DNA from: an uncultured bacterium
Lineage (GTDB): Bacteria > Myxococcota_A > Bradymonadia > UBA7976 > VGTA01
Length of the DNA stretch: 64,000 nt
NCBI GenBank assembly: GCA_943788935.1
Contig: CALSSE010000014.1
Location: 22,682-86,681, forward strand
Reading direction: 5' to 3'
The translations under genes were made by a program, and so were the position numbers. Shown here piece by piece: positions 26,966 to 36,053 of this stretch (positions are counted from its first letter, which is position 1; every line of letters begins with the position of its first letter). Under the pieces are notes generated by a model. The model saw nothing but the letters and a program-made list of their open reading frames with translations. It was not told the origin of the DNA and did not search any database.

Positions 26966-29359
26966 ATGAAAATATATATTATTTTAATCTTTACGCTGTT
27001 GGTTGAGATATCTAATGCCTCTGCAGAATGTGGCCAGGATATAATTGACTCAACCTATGAAGCCGATACTTCAGATTCAGTGGTTCGCCTAACAGAGATA
27101 AGTCTTGATAATCAAGACGATAGTTTCTCTCAAGCTCAGGGGATTGATTATGTCGTTGAGCTCAAGCTGTTAGGAGGAGAAACTTACACCTTTGAAACTC
27201 TTGAGAGTGAAGATTTCGATCCAGTATTAACTCTCTTGGTACACGATCAATGTGAAAACCTTATAGAACACGAGAGTAATGATGACTCAACCGGTAATAT
27301 ACCGAATGATAACTATGAGTCATTTATTGAGTACACCACGCCTCTCAGAACAGATGGTCAATACCTGTTATTAATCTCTGGACTCAATGAGATGACGGGA
27401 ACCACTAACCTAGAGATCAAACGCTTTGAGGCTGAGTTACCTGAGATGAATGGCGTTATTCTCACTGGAGATAGTATCACCGGTTGTCACTCTATGGCCG
27501 GATCTTACTCTTCGCATAGCCTTTTTCATCTTATTAGTGTTTTACTCCTTCTGTTATTGATCGCTCGCCGATTTACGATAATGAAATATGTGCGCACTCG
27601 TATCGCTCATTTTTTACTCTATTTTGTGCTACTCGGTAGCGCTCTTTCTCTGCTTGCTCCTGCCTCTGCCTCAGCTGAATTAAATGGCTTTTCAGTCATG
27701 AACTTTCGGCTCGCTTTAGGAACAAATCGTATTATCTCTCTTGAGACAGCAGGTGTTCCCGATCATTTGAATGTATATGGGGGAACATCTTATCATTATG
27801 CTAGCCAGCTTCTACAAGAGAAGACGATATCCTCTAGCCAAACTCAGGAGAGAAGTTTACTAAGTTCACAAACTTTTCAACAGTTTGGAGTGGGAATTGG
27901 GCTCTTTGATCTGGTTGCTCTAGAGTTCAATATCCCTGTTATATACACAAACCAAGGTGATGAGACTCTTTTTCCAGCATTAGGGACAACCCCTCGCGGT
28001 GATTCTCTCGCGCGGCTTCGCTTCTTAATCGCTGGTTCAAATACAGGAGCTTGGGGCCTAAGTGGAAGTTTAGCGACCACTTTACCCACGGGAGATAGCG
28101 CAGGACTGACAGGAGATGAGGGGGTTCAAACCTTACCTACTCTGACCGGAACTCATCGACATAATGACTTTATCACGAGCGTTTCTCTTGGCGCCTTAAT
28201 CAGAACAGAGACCGATGATAATGTGCGTGGCTTATCACTTGGTCAAGAGATGACTTATGGAATAGGGACCAGCTACCAATGGACGGATAGTATACTCTCT
28301 GGCGTTGAATTTGTAGGACGTAGCGACTTATCTGACTTTACTTATCAAAACCCCTTAGAGGTCATTTTAGGATCCCGTATAGGGCTCTGGGAACAGCTCT
28401 TCTTTGAGGTTGGCGGAGGAGCCGGGCTTATCTCTGGATATGGGACTCCTCTCTGGAGAACCTTCGCTGCTCTACAATGGCATCCTGAGAGCACTGATGT
28501 TAAAGACCAAGATCAAGACGGTATTCTCGATCAAGTGGATCAATGTCCTCTGCAACCTGAAGATCGAGATGAGTTTGAAGATGAGGATGGATGTCCTGAC
28601 CCTGATAACGATCAAGATCAAATTCTCGATCAAGCAGATCAGTGTCCGCTTAAAGCAGAAGATAAGGATGGGTTTGAAGATGATAATGGATGTCCTGACC
28701 TCGATAACGATCAAGATCAAATTCTCGATCAAGCTGATCAATGTCCACTCAAAGCAGAGGATATAGATGAATTTGAAGATGGGGACGGATGTCCTGATCT
28801 TGATAACGACCAAGATCAAATCCTCGATCCAGCAGATCAATGTCCGCTCAAGGCAGAAGATAAAGATGGTTTTGAAGATACAGACGGGTGCCCTGATCTC
28901 GATAATGATCAAGATGGAGTGCCTGACAGTAACGATAAATGTCCACTTAAAGCTGAAGATGGCATAGGGGATACACCAAAAGATGGGTGTCCATCAGCGT
29001 GTCGTATCTCCATCCCTGGGCAAGTGCTCTTTGCTAACAACTCAGCTGAGCTCAAAAAATCAAGTTATATTGAGGCTCAAAAGATCGTTGATTACTTGAA
29101 GACCTTGAAGAACTTCAAAGAGATCATTGTTGAGGGGCATACAGACAACGTAGGCTTCGCATATGCTAATCTTCGGCTCTCTCGCAAACGAGCCAAAAGG
29201 TTTGCGGCTGTACTGCGTCAAAAGATAAAGAACTCAACAATAAGTATTAAAGCTGTTGGCTTTGGGTTCAACAAGCCCATCGCTAGCAATGATACCCCAG
29301 AGGGGAGAGCCAAGAATCGTCGCGTCTCGTTCCGTATCATCGGAGGCGTGTGTAAATAA
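26966..29359 (+). CDS. PPC-like domain, internal CTERM-like anchor, second signal peptide, then beta-barrel/TSP3/OmpA (TraB-like) outer-membrane protein
   Basis: Signal ending ASA; FDPVLTLL...SNDD (PPC-like); GC...LLLLLLIARR; MKYVRTR...ASASA; barrel with GYGTPLWR; DxDxDxIxDxxDxCP TSP3 repeats; VEGHTDN...LSRKRA...GFGFNKPIASNDTPEGRAKNRRV. AGGAG RBS. Confidence 0.88.
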   Translation: MKIYIILIFTLLVEISNASAECGQDIIDSTYEADTSDSVVRLTEISLDNQDDSFSQAQGIDYVVELKLLGGETYTFETLESEDFDPVLTLLVHDQCENLIEHESNDDSTGNIPNDNYESFIEYTTPLRTDGQYLLLISGLNEMTGTTNLEIKRFEAELPEMNGVILTGDSITGCHSMAGSYSSHSLFHLISVLLLLLLIARRFTIMKYVRTRIAHFLLYFVLLGSALSLLAPASASAELNGFSVMNFRLALGTNRIISLETAGVPDHLNVYGGTSYHYASQLLQEKTISSSQTQERSLLSSQTFQQFGVGIGLFDLVALEFNIPVIYTNQGDETLFPALGTTPRGDSLARLRFLIAGSNTGAWGLSGSLATTLPTGDSAGLTGDEGVQTLPTLTGTHRHNDFITSVSLGALIRTETDDNVRGLSLGQEMTYGIGTSYQWTDSILSGVEFVGRSDLSDFTYQNPLEVILGSRIGLWEQLFFEVGGGAGLISGYGTPLWRTFAALQWHPESTDVKDQDQDGILDQVDQCPLQPEDRDEFEDEDGCPDPDNDQDQILDQADQCPLKAEDKDGFEDDNGCPDLDNDQDQILDQADQCPLKAEDIDEFEDGDGCPDLDNDQDQILDPADQCPLKAEDKDGFEDTDGCPDLDNDQDGVPDSNDKCPLKAEDGIGDTPKDGCPSACRISIPGQVLFANNSAELKKSSYIEAQKIVDYLKTLKNFKEIIVEGHTDNVGFAYANLRLSRKRAKRFAAVLRQKIKNSTISIKAVGFGFNKPIASNDTPEGRAKNRRVSFRIIGGVCK

Positions 29360-29460
29360 TAAAGGGCTACTCGCTAGGTTCTCAGTGCGATGCTATTCAA
29401 GATTATAATCTGCAGGGCTGTATGCTGAAATCCACCACCTAGTCAATCGAGATAGATTGA

Positions 29461-29793
29461 TCAGAGAACGACCAAAACCATCCCTACTGACATGAGAATA
29501 AAACCCAAGGTTTTGGAGGGATCAAGCACTTCTCCGAGAAAGTACTTTGATACAATAGCGACGCAAATGACCCCTGTGCAGAGGTTTATGGAGGCCATCT
29601 CACTTGGCTTATAAAACTCAATCCCCCAACGCATGGCGAAAACATTGAGTAAGTATTCAGGAAGAACTAAAAACCAACTAAGTGTAAGAGCAGTAGAGAA
29701 TGGTTTATTTTTAAACTTTATATGGCCTAACCATGCAAAAGCCATTAAGAAACTTGACATAAAAAGGAGAATTGGAACTATATATATACCCAT
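29461..29793 (-). CDS. DMT-superfamily small 4-TM protein (DUF486/DMT_6-like), subunit B
   Basis: MAFAWLGHIKF, SWFLVLPEYLLNV.A.RWG, FLGE motifs; 110 aa. Confidence 0.85.
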   Translation of the reverse strand: MGIYIVPILLFMSSFLMAFAWLGHIKFKNKPFSTALTLSWFLVLPEYLLNVFAMRWGIEFYKPSEMASINLCTGVICVAIVSKYFLGEVLDPSKTLGFILMSVGMVLVVL

Positions 29794-30198
29794 TTAGTTA
29801 CTCTCCATAGCTTTCAGACTCTCTGGGTTCTCAATTTTCTTTGCTCCAGTGATAAGTATCATCGCTACAGTCATGAGAGCAAAACCGATATATTTTCTAG
29901 TCGTCAGCGCCTCACCCAAGAAAAAATGGGACACAAGAGCGATAAAGATAACGCCCGACGAAAGATTCATCGCTGCCATTTGACTAGGGGTGTATTTTTT
30001 TATTCCCCAACGAATAGCAGAAATATTCAGAAGGTACTCCGGTAGAACAATAAACCAAGCTGCTAAAGTTGCTGTCCAAAAACTAAGATTCTCCTTATAC
30101 TTTAAGTGCCCAAGCCATGCCGCCGCCATAATGGCGCTAGAAAGTGTGAGCATCAATGGAACCATATATTTTATATGTTTATCTTTATTGTCATTCAT
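29794..30198 (-). CDS. DMT-superfamily small 4-TM protein (DUF486/DMT_6-like), subunit A
   Basis: MAAAWLGHLKY, AWFIVLPEYLLNI.A.RWG, FLGE. Directly abuts its paralog. Confidence 0.85.
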   Translation of the reverse strand: MNDNKDKHIKYMVPLMLTLSSAIMAAAWLGHLKYKENLSFWTATLAAWFIVLPEYLLNISAIRWGIKKYTPSQMAAMNLSSGVIFIALVSHFFLGEALTTRKYIGFALMTVAMILITGAKKIENPESLKAMESN

Positions 30199-30836
30199 CT
30201 TTTATTCAGTATCTTACCTTCGTGAGGGTACATATTTTATGCTTTGGCAGTGATGTCTTATTTTCAGGGCTTTTCTTAATTTCCGTTACGAGAACAGGTA
30301 AAATAATTACAAGACCCATATTGTAAATTATTTGTGTAAAGTTTACTAGTTCTTTATTTGAGTTTGTATCAGATCAGGTGAAGCTATAATGGTTAAAAGT
30401 GTCGTTCTACATACAAAATTACATTTTATCGGAAGTTTAGAAAAAAAATTAACTTTTGATTAAGTTGTCATATAAGCAGTTTAACGTTTAATGCTGGTTA
30501 ACAATTAATTCTCATGAAAGTCATGGCATCTATAATAGGTATTAATATTCAAATGTTTAGAGCCTTCCTTGTGGAATATTAGTCAAGGCCCCCACTAAGG
30601 TCTCAACTTGGGTGAGCTACACTTAACGGTCGACAGCTTACCCCGCAAAAAATTTACATGAGGTCATGAGCTATATTGGGTTATTCGAGATATCAAGTAC
30701 CTCTATGCAAACGAAGTCTCGACTTTTACCAATGTTTTTAGAGTTCATATTCGATGATCTATTGACTCGCTGATTCCCGTCACTTAATGTGACTCATTTT
30801 CGCTCTCTAAACTTAAAACAAAAGGCCTAAATTATT

Positions 30837-31640
30837 TTGTTTACATTCAACCGACGTATGTCATGTGTTCTTTCACTTCTCTGTTTCACCTTGCTCGCTT
30901 GTGGCGGTGGTAAAGGTGGAAGCTCTGATAAAGGGCCAAGCGCCTATGAAGAGCTAAGTGGCCTCTCCACATCATTGCAGAATAAACTCGATGAGACCAC
31001 GGCTCCCATCAATGAGTCTGACGCCATCATTCAGGAGTTCACTGAGCTACCTAAGACACTCGAAATGAAGACAGAGGACTTCAAAACTTTCATCATCAGC
31101 GCTATTCAGGGCGAGATGAAAGTCCCCGAGGGCACATCCGCAAAAGCAGCTGGTCAACTCATGGCTTTTGGTCTTAAGTTTACAGCTTTCAAAGATAACC
31201 TAATGGCTACGCCTGACCGGTCTACCGAGTTGGTCAAACAGATCGCGGTTACGCTTACCAAAGTCCCTGTTTTGGTGACTAAGGTCGAAGCAAGCGCTAA
31301 GCTGACTAAGAACAATCCTTTTGCTTCTAAAAAAGAAAAGATGGAGGCTTCAAAGCAATCTGAAGGCGCCAAATCCATGGGAGATGACACTACTAAGAAA
31401 GTCACTGAGATACAGAAAACAGCTCAAGAGCTGCCCGGGAAAGCGACTGCTTCTATCAGTAAGTTCCTTGGCGCTCTCAAGGGTGTTGGCATTGATAACC
31501 TTGACAGCTTGACCGCCGCACCTGGCCAAATGGCAAAGGAGAGTACAGATGCTGTTAAAAGTGATGCCAAAGAAGTAGTCGATACCGCTAAAGATAGCGC
31601 AGAAGGCACAATCGACGCTGCTAAGGATGCTGCCAAATAA
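30837..31640 (+). CDS. Hypothetical helical Lys/Ala-rich lipoprotein
   Basis: Lipobox TLLAC followed by GGG; 267 aa. Confidence 0.75.
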   Translation: MFTFNRRMSCVLSLLCFTLLACGGGKGGSSDKGPSAYEELSGLSTSLQNKLDETTAPINESDAIIQEFTELPKTLEMKTEDFKTFIISAIQGEMKVPEGTSAKAAGQLMAFGLKFTAFKDNLMATPDRSTELVKQIAVTLTKVPVLVTKVEASAKLTKNNPFASKKEKMEASKQSEGAKSMGDDTTKKVTEIQKTAQELPGKATASISKFLGALKGVGIDNLDSLTAAPGQMAKESTDAVKSDAKEVVDTAKDSAEGTIDAAKDAAK

Positions 31641-31641
31641 G

Positions 31642-31688
31642 TCTAGAGACTCGCTTGGTTAGTTCGGGTCTCACAAGCGACTTCTAGA
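31642..31688. terminator. Inverted repeat between convergent genes
   Basis: TCTAGAGACTCGCTTG ... CAAGCGACTTCTAGA. Confidence 0.4.
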
Positions 31689-31735
31689 ATCATAAAACTA
31701 GACATGATGAAGGTCTACAGTCGTATCATCACTCT

Positions 31736-32857
31736 TCACTCCGCCTCTGCGACGAAATTAAAGTCAAATTGGCAAGGGAAGCTAATCGAGTACAATAACT
31801 CGATCGTCACACATAGATCGCCTTCACAGTTAATATTCGCTGTATACGTTCCTGATAGATTTAATGCATCATCAAAACGACCACTGATATCGATCACTGT
31901 TGGAAGAATAAGTCCATAGTCATTATCTACATTACCAGAGAGAGCATTACAGGTGATATCCCGTTCATTCAAAGCACAATTTGCCGCTTCAGGCAGTCCA
32001 TCAATAGACCAGTTCAGACTCATCATGATGACATCGGATAAAACAAATCCCTTATCTTCAGAAAGAGCGCTGGCGATATCGTCTTTCACACCTTCACAAC
32101 TAGCGACACCGGCCACAAAGCTACGATAAGACCAACTCCCTGCTTGGGCTATAAAATCTGACTCTTCTTGGCAGATCATTTCGCTACATATCGCTTCACT
32201 CTTGAGTCCACTATTTGGACATTCACAGGTGTTACACTCATCTCCTGCATCAAAAGTATCACCGGGTAAGCAATCATTATCACCCGGTATAATACATGTT
32301 CCATCTCTACAGATCTGTCCTGTCGCAGTACAATCTTGACCGATCGTTTCGTTGTTAGAGAGACACTCACCTGTCTCAGGGTCACACATAGCGACTTGTG
32401 CAGGTATAACTGCATTGCCATCACAGGATGAGGGAGAGCTTTCGCCACATTCAACATTAGCACAAAGATCAGAGTCACAACTAAGTGCTCCATCTACGAT
32501 GCATTGTCCGTCAAGACTACAAACCTTTAGCTCAGCTGATTCTTGACACTCAGTATCAGTAGCATTGCAGATCTGACAGGGGTCTCCACAGCTCTTATCT
32601 TGACAAGGATTATAAATGTCACATGTCATTTGAGTGCATATCAATCCATTAACTAACCCACTCTCTGGACAAGTACAGGTGTTGCAGTTATCGCCGGCGT
32701 CAGAGGTACTCCCTGGGTCACACATTATTGGTGTAACGGCAGTCCCAATCACCTCTTTCGAATCGCTATCTTGGCATCCAATCGTTACAAAAATGAGAAG
32801 TAAAGAGAGACATCGTCTTATCCAAAGGGTGGTCATGATATCGAAAGATATATACAT
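31736..32857 (-). CDS. Cys-rich lipoprotein with two pacifastin-like (DAGDxCNTCxC) modules
   Basis: Lipobox VTIGC; DAGDNCNTCTC and DAGDECNTCEC. GAGGA RBS precedes ATG 32857. Confidence 0.75.
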   Translation of the reverse strand: MYISFDIMTTLWIRRCLSLLLIFVTIGCQDSDSKEVIGTAVTPIMCDPGSTSDAGDNCNTCTCPESGLVNGLICTQMTCDIYNPCQDKSCGDPCQICNATDTECQESAELKVCSLDGQCIVDGALSCDSDLCANVECGESSPSSCDGNAVIPAQVAMCDPETGECLSNNETIGQDCTATGQICRDGTCIIPGDNDCLPGDTFDAGDECNTCECPNSGLKSEAICSEMICQEESDFIAQAGSWSYRSFVAGVASCEGVKDDIASALSEDKGFVLSDVIMMSLNWSIDGLPEAANCALNERDITCNALSGNVDNDYGLILPTVIDISGRFDDALNLSGTYTANINCEGDLCVTIELLYSISFPCQFDFNFVAEAE

Positions 32858-32961
32858 ATTTATCCTCAATGTTTGATGAAATACCAAGAGGGAAAGTATA
32901 GGCAACATCACCTCGAAGGTAAACAACTGAGTGAGCTCTGAGGCTCTATGTATAGAGGCTC

Positions 32962-34086
32962 CTATTTGAAGTTATATTGCATCTGCATGACAGAGCGAAC
33001 TGTATCTAAAGTTTCGATCGCCACTTTTCGAGCGCGACGTGTTCCATGATCAAGTACTTCTTGAATAAACTCTGGACGAGATTCAAGGGCCCTACGGCGT
33101 TCACGAATAGGCGCCAAAAATATATTTAAGTGATTCGCTAGACACTGCTTAAGCATACCACCGCCTCCGTCGCCAATTTCTTCAGCCCAGGACTGAGGAG
33201 AGCGATCTGTACATAGACTTAAGAGTGTCAATAAGTTAGAGACCTCAGGTCGATTAACAGGATCAAAAGTAATCATCCGCTCAGTATCCGTTTTGGCTCG
33301 TTTAATCGCTTTGATGGTCTCTTTCTCTGTCATATTTAAGTTAATGGTATTGTGACGACTTTTACTCATTTTTTGAGAGCCATCAAGTCCTGAGATCATG
33401 GGGACTTCAGCCAAGAGCGCGGTCGGTTCACGAAAAACATTTTTATTTCTAGCATAACGCTCATTGAAACGACGAGCAATCTTACGAGACAGCTCTAAAT
33501 GGGGTAGCTGGTCTTTACCCACAGGGACAAGTTGTCCATGACAAAATAGAATGTCAGCAGCTTGATGAATAGGGTAGGTGAGCATACAAGCGCTGATATT
33601 ATTAAGTTTCATCGCTTGTGCTTCTTCTTTGATGGTCGGATTCTTTTGAAGTTCTGAGACGCTAACCAAAGTAGAAAAGGGTAAAATAAGCTGATTAAGC
33701 TCTGGGATTTGGCTATGACAAAAGATCGTTGTATTGTCGTGTTCAAAGGGGTTAAGACCAACGGAGGCATAATCCAAGATGAGGTCTCTGACATGCCGCT
33801 GGATTTGGCCGACATCATCACGGTCGGTGAGGACTTGATAATCAGCGATAACGATAAAGCTCTCAATCCCCATCTTTTGTAGCTTAATACGGTTAGCAAG
33901 ACTACCAAAGTAATGTCCGATATGAAGAGGGCCAGTAGGACGATCTCCTGTCAACATCCGATATTTTGATGCATCTTCTTTGAGTTGATCCCAAATACGA
34001 TCACTCAAGGCTTTTGCCTGAATGAAAGTCTTTGATTCTGATGTATGAGAGATGGGGGGGGTGTCATGATGGGGCTGAGTAGTCAT
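32962..34086 (-). CDS. trpS: Tryptophan--tRNA ligase
   Basis: TGDRPTGPLHIGHY (HIGH), YPIHQAADIL, VPVGKDQLPHLE, KMSKS. Confidence 0.97.
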   Translation of the reverse strand: MTTQPHHDTPPISHTSESKTFIQAKALSDRIWDQLKEDASKYRMLTGDRPTGPLHIGHYFGSLANRIKLQKMGIESFIVIADYQVLTDRDDVGQIQRHVRDLILDYASVGLNPFEHDNTTIFCHSQIPELNQLILPFSTLVSVSELQKNPTIKEEAQAMKLNNISACMLTYPIHQAADILFCHGQLVPVGKDQLPHLELSRKIARRFNERYARNKNVFREPTALLAEVPMISGLDGSQKMSKSRHNTINLNMTEKETIKAIKRAKTDTERMITFDPVNRPEVSNLLTLLSLCTDRSPQSWAEEIGDGGGGMLKQCLANHLNIFLAPIRERRRALESRPEFIQEVLDHGTRRARKVAIETLDTVRSVMQMQYNFK

Positions 34087-34422
34087 GCCGTTTCCTTAAT
34101 CAAAACAAGTCATTCGACAGGGTGGAATATGCTCTAAATTGACATTTTTTAAGTCGTGACATTATCATTAACAAGCGGGTGTAACCAAGAAAAACCCAAT
34201 AACGAATACAGGGAGTGTAGACATCAGCACTGAATTCAGAATCATTTTTAGAGCCATCAGCACCATGCTTATTGGATCTTGATGAATAGAGGAATTAACT
34301 TAATGGGGATTTTACTGATAACTGTGTACTCACTTGTTCTCACCATACACTGAAAGCATAGAGAGCTCATTCACAAGACTGTAGGTCAACCAGAAAGAGG
34401 GTGACCTTGTTAATCGTTTGTC

Positions 34423-35583
34423 TCAGAGCTTTAATCGTTGATGTGCTTTAAGCTCTGAACTCGGATAAAACGTTCCTCGCCAAAATACCCCTCCTTGCTT
34501 TAATGTCTTCCAAGTAGATCGTAATAATGCCCAAAGTAAAACGGGCCATATCACTACAGCTAAAGACCGCTCCCACCATTTAATCCCCTCCATTGGAGTT
34601 GACGTTATAGTCACCACGGACAATGTCATTACGATGAAGCCGACATTCCACATACCTGTTATAAAAAAGACAGTGTACCCCAAGTTTAAAACTAAAATGA
34701 CTAAGGTTAACGCCAACACTCGCAGGAGAGAGAATTGACCAGCGACCGGAAAAAGATTCTTTTCGAGTCCATGAATCATGTCGCTCACATCATTATACCA
34801 GGCGATACTTAGTTCTTGAGCGGCTATATAAATACGAGCACGTGCGCGATGACGATGACATAAATAAGCGAGTCCCGTATCATCTGCGATCTCTAAACGG
34901 AGCCAATACCATCCTTCTGTTTGATCAAAGAATGAACGACGAAGTAGCTGGAACACACCAACCCCCGCATAGACTCCTTGTTTATTTTGGTTAATCGCTC
35001 TTGGTCGAAGCCGAGCACAAAAGAGACTTGCAAATACAAATATCAACCCTTTAAGTCTCGATGAGTTACCAACAAAAGTAGGGAGTAAAGTGATATAATC
35101 TAGTTGATCCTCTTCAAAATGAGCAACAACACGCTCCATAACCGCTGATTCAAAGTGTACATCAGCATCGGCAAATAATAATAACTCACCGGTAGCCACT
35201 TGCGTACCCATCTCCAAGGCGTGAAGTTTACCGAGCCAGCCCGTTGGTAAACTCTTAATATGAATGACCCGTAGCTGAGGATACTCTTCACTGAGTTGAT
35301 TAAGGATCACTCCCGTCTCATCTTTTGAGCGATCGTTCACTACGATGAGTTCATAATTGGGATAGCTAAGTTGAAGTAATTTTCGAACCGAGATTTCTAT
35401 TGTATCTGCTTCATCACATGCCGGCACAATGATCGATAATTTTGGATAAGTATGGAGCGGTTTAATCTCTAAGTCGCTAAGTCGCGGTAAATCACTCATT
35501 TGGTATCGACAAAATATATGAACACAGAGTCCACTTAGACCGACAACCCATATTAATACACTCATAAAGCTCACCCTATACAA
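34423..35583 (-). CDS. GT2 glycosyltransferase, membrane-bound (CrtQ/HpnB-like subgroup)
   Basis: LSIIVPACDE, VVNDRSKDET, LPTGWLGKLHAL, FADADV, EIADD, C-terminal TMs and WRG. Confidence 0.85.
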   Translation of the reverse strand: MYRVSFMSVLIWVVGLSGLCVHIFCRYQMSDLPRLSDLEIKPLHTYPKLSIIVPACDEADTIEISVRKLLQLSYPNYELIVVNDRSKDETGVILNQLSEEYPQLRVIHIKSLPTGWLGKLHALEMGTQVATGELLLFADADVHFESAVMERVVAHFEEDQLDYITLLPTFVGNSSRLKGLIFVFASLFCARLRPRAINQNKQGVYAGVGVFQLLRRSFFDQTEGWYWLRLEIADDTGLAYLCHRHRARARIYIAAQELSIAWYNDVSDMIHGLEKNLFPVAGQFSLLRVLALTLVILVLNLGYTVFFITGMWNVGFIVMTLSVVTITSTPMEGIKWWERSLAVVIWPVLLWALLRSTWKTLKQGGVFWRGTFYPSSELKAHQRLKL

Positions 35584-36053
35584 CTTAAATCAAATAGCTT
35601 TTAAACAAACAAGGATCGATAAGAACAACTTCATCAAACGATGAGTCGTCGTTTAACCGTAGAGGAGTCTACAGCTTGGATTGTTTTGAGCTTGAGTTTA
35701 GCTATTTAGGATGGAGGAGGCGTATGTAAACGTAGAGGTGTGTTGGGGTCGAGGCTGAAGGTTTAGATGTGTTTAATTATAGCAATAATAATGGAATAAT
35801 AGGATGCTAGCTATCTTATCTTTTAGAATAATGGGATAATAATTTGCTAACTACTTATCATAAGCTGTAAGTAGGTTCTTCAGTCGATGTGAGTGAACTG
35901 ACATGATCCGACTTGATTCTCTATGGGTTTCAATGTCTGCTCACCCTTCTATCCTAAAGATATTAACCCTCCCCAAAAAAGCCCTAGCTTTCTTTGTATT
36001 ACTTTTAACTTCAGCTCCTGTGGTCCATTCTTAACATGAGTAAGGCAGTGTAA

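Noticed and set aside
30609-30644. Structured ncRNA or riboswitch (GGGTGAGCT...AGCTTACCC hairpin)
   Set aside because: It is a single hairpin with no recognisable family motif.
34087-34422. T-box riboswitch upstream of trpS
   Set aside because: No GGTGGNACC antiterminator motif or terminator was found on the minus strand.
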